Assembly (NCBI GenBank): GCA_965215015.1
Contig: OZ244042.1
Span: 3,840,001-3,904,000 of the forward strand
Direction: 5' to 3'
Source: Candidatus Poribacteria bacterium
GTDB lineage: Bacteria > Poribacteria > WGA-4E > PCPOR2b
Length of the DNA: 64,000 nt
Shown: positions 40,089-50,099 of the stretch, in pieces
How the letters are laid out: each line of letters opens with the position of its first letter
Position numbering within the stretch: the first letter of the stretch is position 1
The notes under the pieces: generated by a model
Database searches by the model: none
Seen by the model: the letters and a program-made list of their open reading frames with translations, nothing else
What the model was told of the DNA's origin: nothing
Made by a program: the position numbers and the translations under genes

Positions 40089-43000
40089 TTAGACATAGCT
40101 CATTACAGAAGAGGATTTCTCTCCAACACGGGTGGTGCGATTGCTCGGCTTAACGGAATCACTGCCGAATAGGGCTTCAATTTTCGACACTGTTTGAGAC
40201 GCATATGAAATGTTGTAGCGTGAGCTACATTGTGCAATGACCTCACCATACTTGGGAGTGAGTAGACGTAAGATGAGATCGTGGCCCCCCTTCTCCTGCA
40301 AGCAGATACTTCGCAGCGCATCCAGCTTTTCTTGATTAACAGCATCGCTTTCAGAAATTGTGACTTCGACCGCCGATGTTAATCGATCGACAACCGCGTC
40401 AATAGACAAAATCTCTTCTGCCTGAATCTGATGGGTGTCTTCCTCTATTTCATCATCACTCCCGCCATTTTTTCGTCGATTTTCGCCGACATTGCCTCGA
40501 ATCCACACCACCGCCTCCGCCTCTATCGCATCGCGCGAATTTTTGTAGGCTTCCGGGAAAACAACGACATCCGTCGTTCCCTCCAAGTCCTCAACAACGA
40601 GAATAGCCATCGGATCGCCCTTCTTCGTCTTGGTAAGACGAACGGAGATCAGCTGACCGGCGGCATATACCTCCGCTCCACTGGGGGGCTCCCCAAGCGT
40701 TTGAGAGGTGACGGTGGTATAGTATTTCATAATGTCCTCATACTGTTCCAGTGGGTGTCCGGAAAGGTAGAAGCCGAGTTGTTCCTTTTCGTTCTTTAGT
40801 ATATCAGCGTGTGGCCATTCTGGCATATCAACTAGTTCCATCTGTGTCATCGGCATCTCTTCAGCCGCACCGAAAAGCCCCATTTGCCCCTTTTCCCGGT
40901 CTTGCTGGGTGCTTTGAGCTACCTTCATAATCTGCTCAAGGCTTGCGAGTTGTTGCGCTCGATGTCCATCAAGCGCATCAAATGCCCCCGCCATAATCAG
41001 ACTTTCAATCGCCCGTTTATTGACCACTTTTGTATCAACCCGTTCGCAGAAGTCTTGGATCGACTTGAACGAACCGCCCTGCTCCCTCGCTTTGACAATC
41101 GTCTCAAGTGCGCTTTCGCTGACATTTTTGACCGCAGCGAGTCCGAAGCGGATATCGTCCCCAACGACGGTAAAATCCTTGCTACTACTGCTAATATCCG
41201 GCGGCAGTACCTGGATTTTCGTTTCGAGGTATGCCGACAGTTCGGTACACTCACCGATGTACTTTCTAATCTTGTCGCTGTCGGCAGATTCGCCGGTCAT
41301 CATTGACGCCATAAACTCACGGGGATAGTGCGTCTTGAGATAAGCGGTCTGATAGGAAAGAATCGCATAAGCGACTGTATGCGATCGGTTAAATGCGTAT
41401 CGGCCAAAGGGTTCAAGATAATCGAAAACTTTTTCAGCATCTTCCGCCTTGATGTTATTGTTGAGGGCACCTTTGATGAATTTTTCACGCTGCATTTTGA
41501 GGACGTCCATTTTTTTCTTGCCCATCGCATCGCGGAGGACATCCGCCTCACCAAGCGTAAAGTTAGCCATATCTCGTGCAATCTGCATCACCTGCTCTTG
41601 ATAGATACACACGCCGTAGGTGTTCTTCAGCGCATCTTCGAGGGTCGGATGGAGATAGTCTACCTTTTCAATCTTTAGTTTTCTACGAATGAAGCTGTCC
41701 ATCATACCGCTGTCAAGGGGCCCAGGACGGTAGAGTGCAGGAATGGGTATGAAGTCCTCGAAGTTGCTCGGTTTAATTTGCATGATGACGCGGCGCATTC
41801 CCGGCGAGGTCTCTAATTGAAAGAGCCCCCCAACGAGGCCATAACTGATAAGTCCATACGTCTTTTCGTCATCGAATGGAATTTCCTCAAGCGAGATTTC
41901 CTTGCCATGGTTCTCCTTAATTCGTGCCAAACAGTCGTAAACCTCGTTCAAGGTTCGGAGACCCAGGAAGTCGAATTTGACCATCCCGACATCTTCAAGC
42001 ATCTTGAGATCGAATTGTGTTGCAATGCGGCCATGCTTGTCCTTGAAGAGTGGAACATAATCGGTCAGCGGCCCATTGGACAGGACAACCCCGCACGCAT
42101 GGATGGAGACATGCCGTTTCATGCCTTCAATTGACTTGGCAATGTCCATCATCTCTCGGTTTTCCTGTGCTTCGGCGACCTCCCGCAGCTGTGGCACCTC
42201 TTCCAACGATTCATCAAGCGTCACGCCGGGAATAGTTGGAACGAGTTGAGTGACTCGTCGAACATCCTGCACTGGCACATCAAGTGCTCTGCCAACATCG
42301 GCGACAGCAGCCTTCGCACCAAAGGTGCTGAATGTCGCCACCTGTCCGACACACTCTGCCCCGTATTTATTAGTCAGGTAATCAATGACAATTTTGCGAT
42401 GCTCATCTCCAAAGTCGATGTCAATATCGGGCATACTGATACGATCAAGGTTCAGGAACCGCTCAAACATACAGTCATATTTCATCGGTTCAAACGTTGT
42501 AACGCCGAGCGCGAAAAGTGCTAAACTGCCCCCTGCCGAACCCCGTGCGTTGAGCGGAAATCCTCGCTTGCGGGCGAAATTGACGTAATCCCATACAATC
42601 AGCAGATAGCCAGCATAACCTGTCTTCTGAATAATGTCAAGTTCATAGTCGAGTCGTTCCTTCATCTCTGTCGACAGCTCACCATATTTTTTTCGGAGCG
42701 CGTCATAGCATAGTTTACTGAGGTATGAATCGGCCGTATAGCCTTCAGGGACTTCGTATTTCGGCATGATGTGCTCGCCGTAATCGAGTTTCAGTTGGCA
42801 GCGCTTGGCAATTTCAAGTGTATTGGTAATCGCCTCAGGAGGGTACTCCCTTAGAGCTTGGTGCATCTCATCGACACTTTTGAAATGGAACTGATTCAGG
42901 AACTTCATGCGGTCTTCTTCCTTCACCGCTCGCTTCATTTGAATACATAGCAGCACATCGTGCATCGTGTGGTCGGTACTGTTAAGGTAATGGCAATCAT

Positions 43001-43616
43001 TTGTTCCGACAAGCGGTAGATTGTGTTCCTTAGCAAGCTCAATCATCACAGAGTAAGCACGCGCTTCGTCAGGAATGCCGTGATTTTGAACTTCAACGTA
43101 TAGGTTATCTTTGCCCATAATATCTTGGAGCAGCCGGAAATTTTTCACTGCCCTTTCGCGCTGATCGGAGGCAAGAAGCGCAGGAACGTAGCCTTGAATG
43201 CACCCTGTCAAGGCAATAATTCCTTCATGATGTTCGCGCAAAATCTCCATATCAATGCGAGGTCTTGAGTAGAAACCTTCAAGGTAAGCGATCGACCCAA
43301 GTTTCATGAGGTTTTTATACCCGGTCGCATTTTCAGCCAGCAGCGTTAGATGGTAGGGACTGCCTTGTTTTTTTTCGCGGTCATGGCGGCTGTTGGGGGC
43401 AACATATGCTTCGCAGCCGACAATTGGGTTGACGCCTTTGTCCTTTGCTTTCTTGTAAAACTCCCACGCCCCGAACATGTTACCGTGGTCTGTCAGCGCA
43501 ACAGCAGGGGCACTATTTTTATACGCCCATTCAATCATGTCAGGGATTCGACAAGCACCATCAAGCAGACTATATTCGCTATGGTTGTGTAGATGAACGA
43601 ATGCAGATTTTGCCAT
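40089..43616 (-). CDS. dnaE: DNA polymerase III alpha subunit
   Basis: FVHLHNHSEYSLLDG PHP domain, RGSAGGS, PDIDIDF, KFDFLGL, YAFNRSH, OB fold; likely start MAKSAF. Confidence 0.98.
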   Translation of the reverse strand: MAKSAFVHLHNHSEYSLLDGACRIPDMIEWAYKNSAPAVALTDHGNMFGAWEFYKKAKDKGVNPIVGCEAYVAPNSRHDREKKQGSPYHLTLLAENATGYKNLMKLGSIAYLEGFYSRPRIDMEILREHHEGIIALTGCIQGYVPALLASDQRERAVKNFRLLQDIMGKDNLYVEVQNHGIPDEARAYSVMIELAKEHNLPLVGTNDCHYLNSTDHTMHDVLLCIQMKRAVKEEDRMKFLNQFHFKSVDEMHQALREYPPEAITNTLEIAKRCQLKLDYGEHIMPKYEVPEGYTADSYLSKLCYDALRKKYGELSTEMKERLDYELDIIQKTGYAGYLLIVWDYVNFARKRGFPLNARGSAGGSLALFALGVTTFEPMKYDCMFERFLNLDRISMPDIDIDFGDEHRKIVIDYLTNKYGAECVGQVATFSTFGAKAAVADVGRALDVPVQDVRRVTQLVPTIPGVTLDESLEEVPQLREVAEAQENREMMDIAKSIEGMKRHVSIHACGVVLSNGPLTDYVPLFKDKHGRIATQFDLKMLEDVGMVKFDFLGLRTLNEVYDCLARIKENHGKEISLEEIPFDDEKTYGLISYGLVGGLFQLETSPGMRRVIMQIKPSNFEDFIPIPALYRPGPLDSGMMDSFIRRKLKIEKVDYLHPTLEDALKNTYGVCIYQEQVMQIARDMANFTLGEADVLRDAMGKKKMDVLKMQREKFIKGALNNNIKAEDAEKVFDYLEPFGRYAFNRSHTVAYAILSYQTAYLKTHYPREFMASMMTGESADSDKIRKYIGECTELSAYLETKIQVLPPDISSSSKDFTVVGDDIRFGLAAVKNVSESALETIVKAREQGGSFKSIQDFCERVDTKVVNKRAIESLIMAGAFDALDGHRAQQLASLEQIMKVAQSTQQDREKGQMGLFGAAEEMPMTQMELVDMPEWPHADILKNEKEQLGFYLSGHPLEQYEDIMKYYTTVTSQTLGEPPSGAEVYAAGQLISVRLTKTKKGDPMAILVVEDLEGTTDVVVFPEAYKNSRDAIEAEAVVWIRGNVGENRRKNGGSDDEIEEDTHQIQAEEILSIDAVVDRLTSAVEVTISESDAVNQEKLDALRSICLQEKGGHDLILRLLTPKYGEVIAQCSSRYNISYASQTVSKIEALFGSDSVKPSNRTTRVGEKSSSVMSYV

Positions 43617-43690
43617 ATTATGTATCCTTCCAATAAGCAATCAAACAGTGAGTTATAAAAAAACACGGGCTCTGTCGATTTTTCTAGGGT

Positions 43691-43931
43691 TAGGAGTTAC
43701 GCTCTTGAGAGTGTCGTAACGCGATTCAACCCGCGTCCCGATCCCCCCCCTTAGTCCCCCCGCAAGCGGCTGGAAAAGAACCGTAACTGCGAAATGTACC
43801 AAACATAGGACTTCTGTCGGTTGATTTTTCAAAATCAAAAATACCGAGAACATTGCGCTATAATCCGGGTGTTTTGTCGAGATATGAATCTCGACCGACA
43901 AGGCTTCGAGGGTTCAACTGCGTAACTCCTA
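43691..43931. mobile_element. TA-flanked MITE-like element (TAGGAGTTACGC family) filled with nested palindromes
   Basis: TAGGAGTTACGCTCTTGA ... TCAACTGCGTAACTCCTA. Confidence 0.75.
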
Positions 43932-44004
43932 TAGGGTATCTTCTACCAACAAACCTGCCCTACCAATTTTACTAATGATCATCCGCATGGTGATGTGCAT
44001 CGCG

Positions 44005-44871
44005 CTAATGTAAGCTATGGTGATCGTGGGTCACAGCACGTGTCAAGAGAAAAACAGCCAATAAACCAACTATGAAAACTATTGCCGCGATAGCCTTATT
44101 AGAAGAAAAAATTCTTTCTTTTATCGAAAGGACTTTGTGAGAATCTACATCTTCAGAATGCGGAGCGTGGGTGGGCACCTCATGACCGCCCTGAAAGCTC
44201 TCAATTGCCACATTCAACAGCGTGCCGGCAGCGAAGGCCGTCAGGTATTCGATAAATTCACCGAGCCTTCCACTCAAAATACGTTCCCCGATAAATGCAC
44301 CAATGACCGGCGCAATCGAGAGCGGAAGAAGCCGCCCGACGGTTGAGACAAATGCCAATCGTGCGCTGAACTGTAAACGAGATCCGAAGGGGAGGCCACG
44401 CCCATTGGCTGCAATAAGTGAGTTGGTACTGAGATACGCGAGCGTCAGCACAAAAGCAACTGGCAGGCGGTGTATTAAAATCACAGCAGCAAGCCCGGGA
44501 CCGAGCATCTCGTGTTTGCTTGCAATAACGAGGTTAAATCCATCGCTCAACGCGTGGATGGATAGCCCAATCAGTGTCACATCTGCGACCCATCGGTGAC
44601 TCTGTAGCGGGAATCGTGATTTGTTATGACTGATCCGCTCGAGCAGAAAGATTGGCAGAAAACCGGCCCCCATGACAAGGAGGCTTACCCAACCGAGATC
44701 TTTATAAAGGTGGGGTATGAGGAAAAAACCAATAAACCCCAAAACGGTACTGGCTTTGAACCCCATGAGTATTGCGAAAATGATCGGATCTGAACGGAGC
44801 GTATAGAAGGCGATGAGGGCACCGATAAAGATCGAGAGTACTGCAATTGTGAGATAGATAGTAAGCATCAA
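44005..44871 (-). CDS. ZIP-like divalent metal permease
   Basis: GLSIHALSDG, ILIHRLP, AFAAGTLL, His-rich loop and tail. Confidence 0.8.
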   Translation of the reverse strand: MMLTIYLTIAVLSIFIGALIAFYTLRSDPIIFAILMGFKASTVLGFIGFFLIPHLYKDLGWVSLLVMGAGFLPIFLLERISHNKSRFPLQSHRWVADVTLIGLSIHALSDGFNLVIASKHEMLGPGLAAVILIHRLPVAFVLTLAYLSTNSLIAANGRGLPFGSRLQFSARLAFVSTVGRLLPLSIAPVIGAFIGERILSGRLGEFIEYLTAFAAGTLLNVAIESFQGGHEVPTHAPHSEDVDSHKVLSIKERIFSSNKAIAAIVFIVGLLAVFLLTRAVTHDHHSLH

Positions 44872-45396
44872 ATCTTGGGACTAGGGCTCCCACTCCTTTG
44901 TATATAAGAGCAATCTATTCTATTGTAACTCAACTACTATGTTTTTGTCACTGAAAATCCTAATATGGTGAGTGCGGCAATCCATTATCGGAACGAAAAA
45001 AGGCTGCATGTTACACTTCTGCTTTGGAAGGAGGCGTATGCCTATGACTTTGAGACATAACAATGAAAATCCACTCGTAGCCACAGATCTGCCAACCTGT
45101 GATCGCCTACAGGTTGGCAGACCTCATGCTACGACAGGGGTTGCCCCAAGGTTCTGATGGCTGAACTGCCTAATTCCTATAACAGATGCAATTCCCCTAG
45201 TCAACAGAGCCTAAATATTAAAATCTATCGATTTTCTGTTAAAGTTGAAGTATTTTCGCTCCGGAGGAGCGATAGGACTATAGAATACCGATAGCTCTAA
45301 TACCCGCGTTCCAGGGGAGTGCAATGTATAGAGCCCATCAGCTCAATACACCTTTGAGCGAATGAACCAACACTGCAATTCCCAAAGTAAATTCCC

Positions 45397-46023
45397 CTAC
45401 GGTGTAACCGTTACTGGAATCAGGAGTGCCGCCGTAAAATCTGCATGATCGCCATGCCAGAGCTGGAACTTAATCTCTGTCTCACCACTTTTAAGGCCTT
45501 TCACCTCAAAAGTGAATTGCTCGGCGAGCTCATCATCGTGGTGTTCCTCATCTTCATGATGGTCATTGTGCTCATCTTCATGATGATCGCCCTCACCTTC
45601 GTAAAGGTGGATTTCAATGATTGACGAATCAAATTCACTGACAGATAAGGCATATACCTCTTCCTCATCATGGTCATGATCGTCATGATCTTCCTCCTCT
45701 TCAGCGCTTTCAGGGAAAAATTCATCTTCATCATGGTCAAGGAACGCAGCGAGAATCTCTAATTCCTCTCCAACTTTAAGGGTGATATTGCCCTCATGAG
45801 TTCCTTGAAACTGACGGTAAATCTCCTTACCGTCAACCTTGAGGGTAAAGCCGTCAGCATCGGCATGCTCGGCATGACCACCGTCCGCGTCGGCAACAGG
45901 ATTATCATCTTCGCCACAAGCGGCGAACAACACAACAAATGCGAATAGCAATAGCGTGAATCTAAAGAAACGCGTAAACATAATGTCCTCCAAATATAGA
46001 TAGATTGTTTTTCCCAGCATCAC
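45397..46023 (-). CDS. His/Asp/Glu-rich lipoprotein, probable metal binder
   Basis: Lipobox FAAC, H.DADG and H.DHADF motifs, poly-His/acidic tracts; true start may be MFTRF. Confidence 0.8.
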   Translation of the reverse strand: MMLGKTIYLYLEDIMFTRFFRFTLLLFAFVVLFAACGEDDNPVADADGGHAEHADADGFTLKVDGKEIYRQFQGTHEGNITLKVGEELEILAAFLDHDEDEFFPESAEEEEDHDDHDHDEEEVYALSVSEFDSSIIEIHLYEGEGDHHEDEHNDHHEDEEHHDDELAEQFTFEVKGLKSGETEIKFQLWHGDHADFTAALLIPVTVTP

Positions 46024-46366
46024 GACTGATGAAATAGTAATGAGACCGACGCCGTTGAAGACTCAATGCTAACACTAGAAACGAGCACACCATGTGCCCG
46101 GTGGATTGTGCCAATCGGGTGGCGCAATCCTGTCGGATATTCTATGGCGCAAGAGTCCCTGTATCCTTTGACAACTCAGCACCGGGGCACACTCCCCTGA
46201 GAGCCGATTCATCTAAGGAACTCGTAGGGGACACCGATCGGTATTCCCTACTGAAGTGCGTAAGTCCTAAGGAAATATAGGCAGACTATCACCAAGGTCA
46301 AATCAGCCGGAAAAAGGCAAAAATTGATTGAATCAAAAAAACAGAGATATGGGTTAAGCGATGAGA

Positions 46367-46669
46367 TTAAACGGAGGACACTGGTGGGGCACGACTTTGG
46401 ATACTGTTGTCAAGTATCGTGGAAATGAAAGTAAGGCTGAAAGGGGGGTGAATTGAGAGGCAGGTATCAAGATTGGTAATTTCAACAACATCAAGCTCAA
46501 CACCAACGTGGTTGACATTGAAGAAGCAAGCAGAACAATCTGTCGAACAGTGGCCAGTGTGGTCGTGTTCATGTTCATGTGCCACTCCAACCAGCCCAAT
46601 TGCCATCAGAGTACAAAAAATCCCAATTACCCAGCCGGTTGGATTGATGTGGATTCGATTGTTTTGCAA
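46367..46669 (-). CDS. DUF2946-like leader peptide (TM - His-rich - CxxC - RAPP)
   Basis: HEHEHDHTGHCSTDCSAC ... IQSRAPP near C-terminus; first gene after a strong promoter. Confidence 0.8.
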   Translation of the reverse strand: MQNNRIHINPTGWVIGIFCTLMAIGLVGVAHEHEHDHTGHCSTDCSACFFNVNHVGVELDVVEITNLDTCLSIHPPFSLTFISTILDNSIQSRAPPVSSV

Positions 46670-46694
46670 AAACCTGTCCCTCTTCCAGATAATT

Positions 46695-46786
46695 TAGGAG
46701 TTACGCCGTTGAACCCTCGAAGCCTTGTTGGTCGAGATTCATATCTCGACACAGAAACGTTGATTCCATCAAGGGCGTAACTCCTA
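46695..46786. mobile_element. 92-bp TA-flanked MITE (TAGGAGTTACGC family)
   Basis: TAGGAGTTACGCC..TTGA / TCAA..GGCGTAACTCCTA; first ~57 bp nearly identical to the reverse complement of 43875-43931. Confidence 0.8.
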
Positions 46787-46799
46787 TAATTGATAAGAG

Positions 46800-46828
46800 A
46801 TTATAGCACAACCCCCTGGTTTTGACAA
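46800..46828 (-). promoter_or_regulatory. Sigma70-like promoter with extended -10
   Basis: TTGTCA-17 bp-TATAAT with TG at the extended -10 position. Confidence 0.7.
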
Positions 46829-47455
46829 CTTTTTTAGTCGGCTGCGAAGTTTATAGTTGAATATGCCGCCTATGATATTGCGGTGCTAAAGACACAATCC
46901 AAGTCTATTCCAAGAGGCGGAACCCATGACAACATGTTCCCATCGATCTGTGCACGGTTGCTGTTCATTGATGCCTCGGTTCAAGCAGAGCCCCAATAAA
47001 TCGGGGTTCAAAACAACTTGAGATTTTTGTAGGGCAATTTTCCAAAATCGACATTTCTTGCTGATGGTTACAACGTTTGCTGAATTGGCGACACACAAAA
47101 TGTCAACACGCCTTGCGGATGTCGGTTATGTTAGCATAGGACTATTTAGTTTTCGGTTTTCTCTCTACCTGAGGGGTGTGGATTCGGAAATCCCTCCTAT
47201 AGAAGAACGAAATGCCCTAATATGTCAACTAGGTCATTTAACGGATTGTCCCCACTTGCGGGGGGATTAGAGGGGCTTGGGCTTCTTCTCCCCGTCGCAG
47301 ACAATCCTTACCCCCGGCCCCGTAAACGGAAAGAAGAATAAGACACACGCTAGAATACTGAGTGATCCCAGAATCCAGACAGATTGGGAAATATTGGGGT
47401 AACGGTAATTTTCTGTCATGTCAACCGCCGATTTGCGGAACATCGGTAATCGGTA

Positions 47456-47884
47456 TCACGCGTCGGGGGCCGTGCTTTCTGCCTCACTAAAGACTTCCAT
47501 TCCAGCAGACCCATCGGCAACTTTCCGAATTTGGGTCTCGAAGCCGGGGGGAGACAGTGCCCACGTAATCCAGAGCGGCGTGTCGCTCGTGTTGACAAAG
47601 CGGTGTTCAACCTTTGGCGGCAGGTAAATCACCGTTCCCCGTTTCAGGTCTGCCACCTCGTCACCGACATATCCTACACCTTGCCCGCCAAATACAAAGA
47701 TAATCTCCTCTGCGTCTGCGTGGGAATGCCACGGAATTTCGCTGTGAGGATCAATTTCCTCTAGCCCCATTGAAAAATGCTTTGTATTGGCTGTCTTGGG
47801 TTCAATACAGGTATACAATGTGCGCGGTGCTTCGCCTTCAATCCGAACGACTTCTGCATTTTCTTTGTGGAAAAAGTATCCCAT
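47456..47884 (-). CDS. Cupin domain protein
   Basis: PWHSH...EE, P..VEH.F.N motifs. Confidence 0.9.
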   Translation of the reverse strand: MGYFFHKENAEVVRIEGEAPRTLYTCIEPKTANTKHFSMGLEEIDPHSEIPWHSHADAEEIIFVFGGQGVGYVGDEVADLKRGTVIYLPPKVEHRFVNTSDTPLWITWALSPPGFETQIRKVADGSAGMEVFSEAESTAPDA

Positions 47885-48009
47885 TGTATCTTCCTTTTAG
47901 ATGTGTATAGTGGTGACGTTTCACGTTTTGTAACCGAAGTTGCTACTATCTTAGGCAAACCGGGAATATCGAGATATGAATCTCGACCAACAGGTATCTA
48001 TTTGAGGCA

Positions 48010-49314
48010 TCACGTCTTCTGTGGTTTTTTCTTTGCAGCGGGAAACAAGATGTTATTCAGGATAAGCCGATAACCCGGCGAATGTTTATGGAGGTCTAGG
48101 TTGGTTGGGACCTTTCCTTCTCCGACAAGGTGACGATAGTCCTCCGGATCATGTCCGCCGAGGAAGGTAAACGTCCCTTTCCCCAATTTGCCATGAAGGT
48201 ATTTGGCGTAGTGGCTCCCCTCAATGTCCCCCATGATTGTGATAGTTTCACGGAGGGTGTTTTTGTTGAACGATGTGGTTTGTCCTAGGAATCCCCGCAC
48301 CCGATTCACATGATTTTGGGTGAGCATAGTGGGGATAGGATCGTGTTTTGCGGCAAACTCAAACAGGATGAAATCCTCCAGACCTGAGAGCGGGTTGAGC
48401 TCCGGTCGTGGGTTATCGATATTTGAAAATTCGTACCGATTTGGGTTGGGATAGAGGACAAATTTCTCAAAGGCAAAGGTTTTATCGAAATCGAGTTTGG
48501 ACTGATAGTCTGGATCCAGTGGGGTTCCGTCGAGCTCCGGGGCGACGATATCCACACCTCCTTCGTTTGTTGCAAGTGCAATATCCAACGTTTCTGGCGC
48601 GGAGCACATAGCGAAAAGAAATCCACCTTTGATGATGTAATCTTGGATTAACTGGGTAATGTATGCTTTGTGCTTCGGTACGCTATTAAATCCTGCATCG
48701 GCTGCAGCCTGTTCAAACAGATGCTTGCGTTGTTGATACCAGACATGCCCCTTATACGCGCTGTAGAATTTTCCGTGCTGCCCTGTAAAATCTTCATGAT
48801 GCAGATGCAACCAATCGTACTGCTCCGTAAACAGTACACCCGCTTCAACCTCCTGATCCCAGATTGTATGGTAAGGGATTTCCGCATATTTTAGAGCGAT
48901 CTTCACGGCATCATCCCACGGATCTCGGTAGGGCGAATCCTCCGATGGGGCGTATACGGCAATCTTGGGAGCCTTTTCCAGCAAGATTTCATCCATGTTG
49001 CTGTTATCCATTTCGGCTTGAATAGCACCGTACTCGGCGGTCGAGATTGGCTGAAAACTCACCCCCATCGTTTGGGCCTTAAGTTGCACATCTGGGGAAT
49101 CATGCAAAAGAAAAGAGCCCCCGCGGTAGTTCAACAACCACCTTGCGTCATATTCACGGGGCACCTCCAGCGTCCAGTAGGTCAATCCGTAAGCCTTCAG
49201 ATGGTTAATCTGTGTATTATCCATCGGTACAAGTAACCACTGTGGGTAGACGCTGCCTGCTGCTACAAAAAAAAGCAGCAAACATAGTGGTGCCAATTTG
49301 CTTGTTGTGTTCAT
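48010..49314 (-). CDS. Conserved secreted protein (family often labelled 'asparagine synthetase B')
   Basis: Signal peptide, HLKAYG, LNYRGGSF, PWDDAV, DWLHLHHEDFTGQ, MCSA, GGHDPED, SPGYRLILNN. Confidence 0.75.
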   Translation of the reverse strand: MNTTSKLAPLCLLLFFVAAGSVYPQWLLVPMDNTQINHLKAYGLTYWTLEVPREYDARWLLNYRGGSFLLHDSPDVQLKAQTMGVSFQPISTAEYGAIQAEMDNSNMDEILLEKAPKIAVYAPSEDSPYRDPWDDAVKIALKYAEIPYHTIWDQEVEAGVLFTEQYDWLHLHHEDFTGQHGKFYSAYKGHVWYQQRKHLFEQAAADAGFNSVPKHKAYITQLIQDYIIKGGFLFAMCSAPETLDIALATNEGGVDIVAPELDGTPLDPDYQSKLDFDKTFAFEKFVLYPNPNRYEFSNIDNPRPELNPLSGLEDFILFEFAAKHDPIPTMLTQNHVNRVRGFLGQTTSFNKNTLRETITIMGDIEGSHYAKYLHGKLGKGTFTFLGGHDPEDYRHLVGEGKVPTNLDLHKHSPGYRLILNNILFPAAKKKPQKT

Positions 49315-49346
49315 TAGTTTTCCCTTTATTTAAAAATATTTAAAAA

Positions 49347-49829
49347 CTACAATCCCAGAAACACCTTGACAATCAAAGCGATGAGTGCTAGATATATTGG
49401 TGTCATCAATCCAATAATCCATCTTAACTGCGTGTTGAGTTGACCCTCAATCCCAGAAATCCGTCCCTCAATTACCTCAAAACGCCTTTCAACTGCTTCA
49501 AAACGTCTCTCTATCTGCTCGAAACGTCTCTCCATCTGCTCGAAACGTCCCTCTATCTGCTCGAAACGATAGTTGACAGACTGGGTAAGGTCGTCAATAC
49601 GTTTATCCACCTGTTCAAAGCGGTAATTGAAAAGTTGAATGAGGTCGTCAAAACGTTTGTCCACCTGCTCAAAGCGTTGATTGATAGATTCAACCAGAGC
49701 CTCGAAGCGTTTGTCCATCTGCTCGAACGCGCCGCGCAAGTACGCATTATCTTTGGCATTCTGTTCAGCCATTTTGACGGTTTGCCGAACGGCTTCTCGG
49801 AGTTCAGCGGTCTCAGGATTAATATTCAT
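49347..49829 (-). CDS. Coiled-coil heptad-repeat protein with C-terminal TM helix
   Basis: Repeated (RFEQ[VMI][DE][KR]) units; C-terminal WIIGL..PIYLALIALI. Confidence 0.85.
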   Translation of the reverse strand: MNINPETAELREAVRQTVKMAEQNAKDNAYLRGAFEQMDKRFEALVESINQRFEQVDKRFDDLIQLFNYRFEQVDKRIDDLTQSVNYRFEQIEGRFEQMERRFEQIERRFEAVERRFEVIEGRISGIEGQLNTQLRWIIGLMTPIYLALIALIVKVFLGL

Positions 49830-50099
49830 TAATTGCCTCCCGTTAATTGGATAACATGAATGTAAAGTGTAAGATAAGTGTAGCCTGCTGCGCTATTTCT
49901 TCATTCGATTGTTCAGAGGCTATGAGAGTGTAGCATAGGTTGCCTTGAATCTCAAGGAAGCCCCCCAATTTTTCTGTTTGGCTTCGATTGGAAGGTTCTA
50001 CGCAGAAAGGGTAAGAAAATTGATTGACGGGGAAACGAGCCGATGCAGCTAATTTCCCCGGTCCCCGGAGTCTGGCTAAACTTTCTGAGCCGATCTGTG

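Noticed and set aside
40089-43640. Intein or split in dnaE
   Set aside because: Normal length and continuous motifs
48010-49314. True asparagine synthetase AsnB
   Set aside because: It has a signal peptide and lacks the N-terminal Cys amidotransferase and SGGLDS motifs
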